DNA of 64,000 nt, taken from a bacterium. GTDB taxonomy: Bacteria > Patescibacteriota > Microgenomatia > Woykebacterales > RBG-16-39-9b. Below are positions 56,711 through 64,000 of the stretch, one piece after another (within the stretch, counting starts at the first letter, position 1; every line of letters begins with the position of its first letter). A model generated the notes under the pieces. It was not told the DNA's origin. It saw nothing but the letters and a program-made list of their open reading frames with translations, and searched no databases. Where the stretch lies: assembly GCA_030704665.1 (NCBI GenBank), contig JAUYID010000009.1:163-64162 (forward strand), in the 5' to 3' direction. The translations under genes were made by a program, and so were the position numbers.

Positions 56711-59700
56711 AAAATGACAGACGGTATCGATGACGCAACTCCTGATGAGGGACTAACACCTCAGGAAGAAGCGATTCTCCGTGGAAAGGAAGCTGCTTGG
56801 CTGACTGACTACGGCTATCTAGCTGGCGAGGGGACCCCCTACGCCAACGACAATCAGCATCTGCTTCACCTCGGGTGGAGGGACAGCAGTAATAACTACG
56901 ATCGAGTCATGAGTATGGAAATGATTCAGCGTCGGTACCACTCGAAGCTGGTCTTTTTCGCAGTAACTCGAGAAGCCAAGTTCTCAGTACAGCAGCAGTT
57001 TCGTACTACTGAAGGGGGAATCCAACGCCCCTTGTATGTCTCGTCCGAGTGGTATGTCTGGGAGTACAAGAAAACTGACGGACCCACACATGACGAAAAG
57101 GGTTGGCCTCTCAAAAGAGAAAGCAGACGGGTTCCAGCACAGGCAACGGATCAAGGGGCTTTTAGGGAGCCTAGTACTACTTTGGACATTCAGAAGGCCG
57201 ATAGGGACCGTGATGGCACTCCGATAGTCGCCACCGGTTCTGTATTCATGGGGTGGAAGTACAACTTCCAGCCTGTGGGCGACGCCGACATTCGGGCCGA
57301 AGACAGCAAGGTCTACGCACGAGTTCAGAGGATCTGGAACAATACCGGCAAGCTACCGAGTGTACTTCAGACGGGTGAGGAGAAGACGATTAAGAACGAC
57401 CTTCTCCAGCTTCTGAAGGACCTTAAAGAATTGACCGGTGAGGACTGGAGTACCAAGGGCAATCCCAACGAGGCCAATCGCCGTGTCATTATGGAGCGGC
57501 GCTGGATACTCGGCCGGAACCACCCCGAGACTTACCAACAGCATCTTCGGGTGCTGGGTGGCAAGATCCCAGAGGAGTACTTCTTCGCTGAGTACAACGA
57601 GCTCCGCCGGCAGAAGGCCCGCAATATGGACCGCCCGCTGGAAGAGCAGGATCGTGTTCGCGATCCCTACTCGGCCAGCCTGAAACACCTGCTCGACAAG
57701 CGGGTCGACGGACGGATCGTTTACGCGGGAACTCCAGAGTATGATGAGGCTCGCGGTAGACTGATTCCCGAGATCAGGATCACTCTGCTCAATGACCACG
57801 GCCTCTCAACCTTGGCCGAGTACAATATCACGCAGAAGTACCTGATCAACGGCTACACTTTCGAAAGAACCTGGGAGTGGCAGCAGAACATGCGGGCGAA
57901 GGCTCTTCAACGAGCTAGCCTCAGGGTTAAGCTGCCGAAGAGTCACCCACTCCACTTGTCCCCGAACGCAGTGGGGGATTTTGTGGACGATTATCCTGAA
58001 GGTCGAACCTTCTGGATAACTCCATCCTGCAGCGACGCTTTTGTACGTTCCTTGGCAAATCAGATTCGCACCGATTACCGGGAAGAGCTTCCGGAAGGTG
58101 TCGAATTCACTCGGGACGAAGGCGGTCGTGAAGTGATGCGTCGGCTCCCGTCATTGCGAAACCAAGGCGGGGAAGAGGAGAAGCAGTTCTCCGATGAGTT
58201 GAACGCAGATATCCTCACCGCCACGTCAATAACGACCCTGGCGGATAAGAAGTGCCGTAACGTCAACGCCTTCGCGCATATTGTGAAGAGCTGTCGTATC
58301 ACTCGGGACGGTCAAGCTGACTTTACCGAGGCGAAAGAGGTACGTCTCACGATCGAGGAGGATCGTGATAAGCAGAGGCGTAATGAAGATCAAGTACAAA
58401 CTCGAACTCTAACCATGGCTTATGATGCTGGTCAGCTCGACCAGAATCGCCCTGGCCAGGCACGAGATCGAGGAATTGGTGGTCCGCGCAGCGCAGAGCC
58501 GTGGATTGCTGATCCAAAGTTCCGCCTCAATTGGTGTCTCTTGTACAAGCAGAGGCGAGACCCGAGAACAGGCAAGATTCTGCGCAACGATCTAGGCAAC
58601 CCTCTTTGGGAGCCACGCTACAGCTCAGAGGATGGGGCTCGTGCCTCGGTAATGATACAGAGAGCACTTGCGAACCCAGCCACAGATGTTGTGGTACCGA
58701 CTCAAGAAGAGGCCGTCAAGAAGGCCTGGAAGAAGCGCTGCGACGAGAACCTCTTCGTGGCCCAGTTCGTTCAGGATCCCTACTACGACCGGCGGCCCGC
58801 GGACACGGCCATCGCTACCAACCTGATCGGTCGCAAGACCAGTATCACGGGTGGGGTGAAGCTAAATATTACGGGGGCCACCAAGGCTGCCAACGGCAAG
58901 GGCTACACCTTCGACGATCTTCTCAAGGATCTGCCGGGGCTACGTAACTACTTGCCGAACGACTACGATCAGAACGGAGCCTTCGATGGCAAGCTCGATG
59001 AGGAATTTTACATCCTTCAACTCGAGCTCATGTTCTACATCGACCCTCGCTATGTTGCCAAGATTCACAAGGGTTCGTGGAGTTGGTATCTCTTCCACGA
59101 GCAGAACATGCGTGTCACACGCATCAGCGAGGACCTGCGTGCCACCCGAGCCAATTTCCTGCGTCAGCAGGACGTTGCCTGGGGGATGTGGGCTGGACAA
59201 TCGCCGAAGGGGATGGTGCTACACTGTGACGAGACGCTTAGCACCGACATCCACAACGGGATTTTCAACCCGTTGCCGGACTTGCAGAAGGCTGCCAACG
59301 GCTACCCCGGCATTCACATGCCGAACGTAATCATGGTGGCTCCAGATGGGCAGAAGTGGAACCTTCAGGACCGGCCCAGGAAAGACTTCGAAGATGCTTA
59401 CACACCGCTCAACTGGAGAGCTCACGAGCATATCGGCAGAGGAGAGGCAGACGACACCTTCATTGGTTACGCGACTGCTTTCTCGACCAGTACCTTCACC
59501 GGACTAGCTCACTCTGGCCTGGGGCGGCGTCTGGGTGATACAGAGGCGGAAACCTATCTCGTTCGTGCTCAGGGTAGGCAGTCTTGGGTGAATGGAGTAG
59601 TTCCGGCTCTCAAGTCCCACGCTGAGGCAGTCTCAGCCTTTGGGACCGGTGACCTGAACGAGAATGATTGGATGAGGTCTGCTCTTGATAGCGGTAAGGT

Positions 59701-60085
59701 GACTGGCGAGTGGTTTAAGTCCACAGGACAGTTGTTCTGGAAGGGCGAGAAGGTTCAGGAGGTCAAGATCCTCCACACTGCCGAATACATCAAGGACCAC
59801 TCCTACCCAGACAATCCTCGCGATGCTCACGAGCTGGCGAAGATGATCTGGGAACGCCGTATTGACGGGAAAGGTTACCGCTATGGTTGGGAAGAGGTTG
59901 AGGCGGAAGCAATACGGATTCTCTTTGGTGGTCAGCGACCGGCTCAGTTGAACCCGCATGGCCGCTGGAGGCTGAACGCGATCTACTGGGCTTACCGAAC
60001 TACCCGCCATTTCCGTGCGGTCTCACTGACCAGCGAGGAGGAGAGGAGTCACGAACGGCCGGTAATCCATTTAGCAGCGGCTTAG
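56711..60085 (+). CDS. Large (1124 aa) GC-rich orphan protein of no recognisable family, inserted inside the T4SS locus
   Basis: ATG with GGGAGGTG 4 nt upstream (the ORF-track start at 56660 is 17 codons earlier, without an RBS). Consistent GC-rich codon usage over 3.4 kb. No P-loop, HExxH, TM or signal peptide seen. Trp/Tyr/Arg/Asp-rich. Confidence 0.6.
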   Translation, partial: KMTDGIDDATPDEGLTPQEEAILRGKEAAWLTDYGYLAGEGTPYANDNQHLLHLGWRDSSNNYDRVMSMEMIQRRYHSKLVFFAVTREAKFSVQQQFRTTEGGIQRPLYVSSEWYVWEYKKTDGPTHDEKGWPLKRESRRVPAQATDQGAFREPSTTLDIQKADRDRDGTPIVATGSVFMGWKYNFQPVGDADIRAEDSKVYARVQRIWNNTGKLPSVLQTGEEKTIKNDLLQLLKDLKELTGEDWSTKGNPNEANRRVIMERRWILGRNHPETYQQHLRVLGGKIPEEYFFAEYNELRRQKARNMDRPLEEQDRVRDPYSASLKHLLDKRVDGRIVYAGTPEYDEARGRLIPEIRITLLNDHGLSTLAEYNITQKYLINGYTFERTWEWQQNMRAKALQRASLRVKLPKSHPLHLSPNAVGDFVDDYPEGRTFWITPSCSDAFVRSLANQIRTDYREELPEGVEFTRDEGGREVMRRLPSLRNQGGEEEKQFSDELNADILTATSITTLADKKCRNVNAFAHIVKSCRITRDGQADFTEAKEVRLTIEEDRDKQRRNEDQVQTRTLTMAYDAGQLDQNRPGQARDRGIGGPRSAEPWIADPKFRLNWCLLYKQRRDPRTGKILRNDLGNPLWEPRYSSEDGARASVMIQRALANPATDVVVPTQEEAVKKAWKKRCDENLFVAQFVQDPYYDRRPADTAIATNLIGRKTSITGGVKLNITGATKAANGKGYTFDDLLKDLPGLRNYLPNDYDQNGAFDGKLDEEFYILQLELMFYIDPRYVAKIHKGSWSWYLFHEQNMRVTRISEDLRATRANFLRQQDVAWGMWAGQSPKGMVLHCDETLSTDIHNGIFNPLPDLQKAANGYPGIHMPNVIMVAPDGQKWNLQDRPRKDFEDAYTPLNWRAHEHIGRGEADDTFIGYATAFSTSTFTGLAHSGLGRRLGDTEAETYLVRAQGRQSWVNGVVPALKSHAEAVSAFGTGDLNENDWMRSALDSGKVTGEWFKSTGQLFWKGEKVQEVKILHTAEYIKDHSYPDNPRDAHELAKMIWERRIDGKGYRYGWEEVEAEAIRILFGGQRPAQLNPHGRWRLNAIYWAYRTTRHFRAVSLTSEEERSHERPVIHLAAA

Positions 60086-60175
60086 GTTAGAAGGGAAGAG
60101 TATGTAAGGAGAGAGAAGGGTCCTCGGACAAAAGCACACTACAAGTGCGTCCGGGGGCCTTTTTCTTTGGCTAAA

Positions 60176-62203
60176 TTAGGTGTTTTCGTTGTCAGGCGGA
60201 GTGTTATTAGGTGGGTTTTGGCGAAGAGTACGACCAATACTTCTTAGGTGTTCTGCAGCTTCACGAGCAGCAGCGTTCAGATCATGAATTCCCTCCACGT
60301 CGCCCATATTGACAGGGGGTCTAGAAGTATCACCTTGACCTCCACCTGCAGCGGCGCCCGCTCCCTGAGCCCCCTGTTCACGGTCAGCTGCCGGAACTGC
60401 CGCACCTGCGTTTGCCTCTGATCTAGATTTCCAGCGTTTAGTTGGGTCTTGGAAGACTGTGTTGCCGACACTAGTTACAAGATTATCCAATTTCCCCGCT
60501 CCGGGGATGCCTATTCCAGCTTTATTAGCACCCAGCCGCCCTGCAGTAAAAGGTATCTTGAAATTGCTGATTCTTTCAGTAATAGGTTTAATTGAGTTTA
60601 TCGGACTTGTCCTTGGGTTGGTAAGGTTAGTGTAAGCACTCACTGGAGCAAAGATCAGAGGGCCGGCGGAGAGACCACCGCGAGTAGTGTCTTTGACACC
60701 AAAGAGATCTTGAAGAGCATTGGGGACTTTGGTAGCAAAGAAAAGAATCCCGATCCCAATCAAATAGGGTAGATTTAAAATATTGGAACCAATTGGAGGC
60801 GGAACCTTGATGGGATCATTGCCCGGACCTATTTGTACCCACCAAGAGGAAAACCACATGAAACTGAGAGCTAGGTGCATGAGGAGCACAACTGCCGGAA
60901 AGGCTAGGGCGGCCGCCGCCATACGTTTGAACCAATTACTGATGATGCTTTCATAGCCGGGGAGAGCTCCGGCCAGGAAAAAGAAAGGGCTGAAGATGAT
61001 GAGGAGAAGCATGCTGGCATAAGTAGTCAGCAGTTTCCAAAAAAGCCAGACCGCGACTGCAAAAGCTGAGAGGCGGATCAGTATATCAATCAGGGGGATG
61101 ACGATAGTCAGCAGAATAGAGGCTGAGATGCCAATAGCGGCAACTCCACCTAAAACTGGTATATGACCGCCAATGGCGTTGTAATCAATGAAACTGTTAG
61201 TACTAAAAAGAGTAAAGACCGGAATCCAGATCAGTTCACCACCGGCTTTGGTCGAAAGGACATTGAAGACCCCGTTGAGGACACCATTGGAGTAATAGTC
61301 ACGGACTATATTGACGGAAAGAAAAATAAAATCAAGAAAGAGCCCGGAGATTGCAAAGCTAAAGACAATCAGAAAAAGAGCAAGGACGACTCGGGGTAGC
61401 GAGTTGAGAACAGAAACCACGTTTTTGTCTGGCAGGCGACGGCGGAAGATGATCATGACGCTGATAGCGAGCATGACTAGAACCATGAAGATGAGAGCCA
61501 GTTGGCGCGCCTTGGCCCAAGTATCTTTGACGATAGCGGTATCAATTGAGTCCGGACCGACGCCGCCTTGGGCATTGGCCGAGCCGATTCCCAGAAGATT
61601 ATCTTTGAGCGCGTCAGCCACATAAGAGCCCGGGCTTTGGTAAGGAATAGCTTTGTAGACTCCACCAATGGCTATATCAGCCACCATGAAAACGTTGTAT
61701 TCATCTGGGGAGTTCAGAAAAGCATTGTTGTTACAGAAAGGCAGGTCGATTAGGGGAATTGTGCAAACAGATTTGCCCATAATTTTTAATGCCACGGCAA
61801 TCCCACCCTGAACTGCTAGGTAAAATAGATCAACTATGTTTCCCTTCAGCCAACCGAAAATAGTTCCCGGCAAATCAGTTACTCCGTTGTAGGCATCTTG
61901 AACTGCTCCGCAGGCCTTACCAATTCCTGGAGCCTTACAGGGATTGAGAATTCCTGGAAGTTCCGCTCTTTGGTCGCTGGGAGCTAGGGCGGTTGAGCTG
62001 TCCGTCAGCGAAGAAGAGGAATTCGTCTCGTCATTCGTATTTTGGTAGGAAGGAAGCGCTTGATTTGAGGTTTTCGTCTGAGTGGATAAGTTTAGTTGAG
62101 TAGGATCTGCTTCGACTGCAAGAGCAGGGACAGCAGAAACCAGACTAAAAAATACCAAGAGATAGCCAAAGAGAAGTTTTTGCAGTAAACCTTTTTTGAA
62201 CAT
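60176..62203 (-). CDS. TrbL/VirB6-like polytopic membrane T4SS protein
   Basis: Signal peptide, about 200-aa extracytoplasmic domain, at least 6 TM helices, Gly/Ala-rich C-terminal tail (GAQGAGAAAGGGQG). Confidence 0.5.
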   Translation of the reverse strand: MFKKGLLQKLLFGYLLVFFSLVSAVPALAVEADPTQLNLSTQTKTSNQALPSYQNTNDETNSSSSLTDSSTALAPSDQRAELPGILNPCKAPGIGKACGAVQDAYNGVTDLPGTIFGWLKGNIVDLFYLAVQGGIAVALKIMGKSVCTIPLIDLPFCNNNAFLNSPDEYNVFMVADIAIGGVYKAIPYQSPGSYVADALKDNLLGIGSANAQGGVGPDSIDTAIVKDTWAKARQLALIFMVLVMLAISVMIIFRRRLPDKNVVSVLNSLPRVVLALFLIVFSFAISGLFLDFIFLSVNIVRDYYSNGVLNGVFNVLSTKAGGELIWIPVFTLFSTNSFIDYNAIGGHIPVLGGVAAIGISASILLTIVIPLIDILIRLSAFAVAVWLFWKLLTTYASMLLLIIFSPFFFLAGALPGYESIISNWFKRMAAAALAFPAVVLLMHLALSFMWFSSWWVQIGPGNDPIKVPPPIGSNILNLPYLIGIGILFFATKVPNALQDLFGVKDTTRGGLSAGPLIFAPVSAYTNLTNPRTSPINSIKPITERISNFKIPFTAGRLGANKAGIGIPGAGKLDNLVTSVGNTVFQDPTKRWKSRSEANAGAAVPAADREQGAQGAGAAAGGGQGDTSRPPVNMGDVEGIHDLNAAAREAAEHLRSIGRTLRQNPPNNTPPDNENT

Positions 62204-62308
62204 AGGCAGTGACTAAAGTATAAAACACTTTTGCTCTTGTTTGCAACCAAGGCCTTGGTTGTAAATCAGGGAAAAGAGCCCTAAAATGGAAGAAGGTAAG
62301 ATACTGCC

Positions 62309-63766
62309 ATGAGCCATTTTTTTGACGACCCAGAAGAACAAGCCCAAAATGAGCAAAGAGAACAGCTTGGTGAAGAAGCCCTTGATCGCGGTGTTGAAAA
62401 AGCCGCCAAAGGCCTAGAAAAAAAAGCCGCTGCCGGTCGTGCTACTACTGCTGCTGGTAAGGCCGGGGTTGAGGCAGGTGAAGCTGCCGGAGAGCGGGGA
62501 GCCCTCACCGCCGGCGGAAAAGCAGGTGCTGAGGCAGTCGGTAGGACTGGTGCGGCGGTGGCCGAAACAGCCGCAATTGAGGCAGCCGAAGAAGGAGTTG
62601 CCGCGGCGGCTACTCCTGAAACCTTTGGTATAAGTGAAGCAATCATGCTCGCCTATCTGGCAGCGAAAAAACTGCCGGTGCTTGGAAGTCTGATCAAAGG
62701 CGGAGAAAGAGCGCTTGCTAAGATCCTTGAGGTAGTAGTTTGGCCAATTGCGGGTTTTTGTATTACTTGCTGCGGAGCCTGCCTTGTTTGTTGTCTAGCT
62801 CCGGCTGCACTTGTGGCGGCTGTAATAGCTTTGCTTGTTTTCGGAGTGATGAATTTGTATGACGCTGTCCGTCCTTCGGCATCTGAAGCAGGGGGTGGTA
62901 CCTATACCCCCCCGACGATAAGTGTCTCCAAAACCGCGAGTCCGGTTTTCATTGTGAAATGTGCTTCTGGCACGGCCGCTGATGTCGAGTACCGGATTAC
63001 GGTTCAAAACAACTCAGATTCTGATCAGACGGTTTCCATTACAGACTCTTTTGATGATGAGCCGAGTTTGGGAACAGTGAGAACCTTTAGCGGAGTCGAT
63101 ATCGCCCAAGGAGAGACTTGGGTTTCCCCGGTTATTAAGGTGAGGATGCCGAGTACTTGTGATGAAAGAGTTGTTGTTAACACCGTCCGAGTCAATGGGG
63201 GTGGTAGCCTAGCCAGCACGGTAGCTTTTGTTACCATTGGAAACCCCGTCAATGCTCCACCTCAAGGCTGTCCAATCGTAGGAACAATTTTTACTCCTTT
63301 GGGAATAAATATTCCCGGCTACACTTACTTCGGCGGAACCCACTACGGTATGGATATTTCTGACACTGCCGGTACTGCTCTTGGTTCACCGGTGCATAGT
63401 ACTTTGACCGGCAGTGCAGTTGCTTCAGTTGGGAGGGCGGGAAATCAAATTGTCACCGTGACCAGCCCGGACGGGGTCTGGCAAGTGAAGTTTTTGCATC
63501 TCGCCGTTGGAACTACGGTCAGTGGTCCAGTAGTGGTAGGCCAGGTGATCGGAACTGAAGATAACACCGGGGTTTCGGGCGGAACTCATGTTCACTACGA
63601 AATTTACAAAAATGGTGCTATCCAAAACCCTTTCAACTACACTCCTTCGACCAACGCTTTGGGTTACATTCCAGATATCGACCCGGGCACGGGCTTGCCA
63701 GACTACGCCGGTGTCAGCGACCCTGGTACTTGGGGAACTTGTAACGCTCTACCACCGGGGTCGTAA
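62309..63766 (+). CDS. Membrane-anchored M23-family peptidoglycan hydrolase (T4SS-associated lytic enzyme candidate)
   Basis: C-terminal GGTHYGMDIS...GGTHVHYEIY M23 zinc motifs. Ala/Gly-rich N-terminal region, then a TM segment with a CCGAC cluster. Confidence 0.65.
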   Translation: MSHFFDDPEEQAQNEQREQLGEEALDRGVEKAAKGLEKKAAAGRATTAAGKAGVEAGEAAGERGALTAGGKAGAEAVGRTGAAVAETAAIEAAEEGVAAAATPETFGISEAIMLAYLAAKKLPVLGSLIKGGERALAKILEVVVWPIAGFCITCCGACLVCCLAPAALVAAVIALLVFGVMNLYDAVRPSASEAGGGTYTPPTISVSKTASPVFIVKCASGTAADVEYRITVQNNSDSDQTVSITDSFDDEPSLGTVRTFSGVDIAQGETWVSPVIKVRMPSTCDERVVVNTVRVNGGGSLASTVAFVTIGNPVNAPPQGCPIVGTIFTPLGINIPGYTYFGGTHYGMDISDTAGTALGSPVHSTLTGSAVASVGRAGNQIVTVTSPDGVWQVKFLHLAVGTTVSGPVVVGQVIGTEDNTGVSGGTHVHYEIYKNGAIQNPFNYTPSTNALGYIPDIDPGTGLPDYAGVSDPGTWGTCNALPPGS

Positions 63767-63816
63767 TGAATTGTTGAAGAGTTTTTGAAGGAGTACTATT
63801 AAAGTTAGCAAACTAT

Positions 63817-64000
63817 GAATTTGGATAAATTGCGACAACTTATTTTGGAAAACCAAAAGCGAGTCTTGTTACTTTTGGTTGTGGTTGGCTCGATCATTAT
63901 TACCTTCAGTCTGATCAATTGGTGGTTTACACGAATTAACACTGTTTTTGGAAAACTCGAGCGACCGAAGCTGGTTAGTACGATCGAGGGCCAACCAATT
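63817..64000 (+). CDS. 5-prime part of an ORF running out of the window (TM-anchored, unknown)
   Basis: MNLDKLRQLILENQKRVLLLLVVVGSIIITFSL...; open to the end of the window. Confidence 0.3.

Overview
This window looks like a compact, AT-rich bacterial chromosome segment, with gene content reminiscent of Patescibacteria/Saccharibacteria-like genomes. Its most distinctive feature is at least six short islands of visibly higher G+C (10.2-11.3 kb, 26.76-26.9 kb, 27.7-29.06 kb, 34.15-35.1 kb, 39.3-41.2 kb, 56.7-60.1 kb).

Housekeeping content: the replication-origin neighbourhood (rpmH-rnpA-yidD-yidC-jag on the minus strand, then dnaA-dnaN-recF on the plus strand) sits at about 46-50.4 kb. There is also a type IV pilus assembly cluster next to rpsT, glycolytic genes (tpiA, pgk), trxA, two UvrD-family helicases (one with a C-terminal Fe-S nuclease), metG, valS, tsaD, groES/groEL, galU, a cell-envelope glycosyltransferase block (GT2, GT39-like, GT4/MraY-like, UbiA), and a VirB4/VirB3/VirB6-like type IV secretion locus at 50.4-63.8 kb.

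The islands:
- Four of them are each preceded by a near-perfect sigma70 promoter of identical architecture (TTGAC[T/A]-N17-TATAAT) sitting in the AT-rich flank.
- 27.7-29.06 kb: a retron-like reverse transcriptase, with an upstream structured RNA flanked by 10-bp inverted repeats.
- 39.3-41.2 kb: an operon of four small genes, with a conserved ~20-nt motif after the stop codon of each of the first three.
- 34.15-35.1 kb: a ~0.9 kb ORF-less, hairpin-rich RNA.
- 10.2-11.3 kb: two small ORFs with high-GC codon usage, separated by a ~430-nt multi-stem leader.
- 56.7-60.1 kb: an 1124-aa orphan protein with no recognisable family, embedded in the type IV secretion locus behind a small terminated transcript.
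- 26.76-26.9 kb: a tRNA-Cys whose 3-prime 16 nt are duplicated about 130 bp downstream.

The best candidates for an undescribed system are the four-gene island, the orphan giant protein and the retron-like module. No CRISPR array, rRNA or large transposon was seen.
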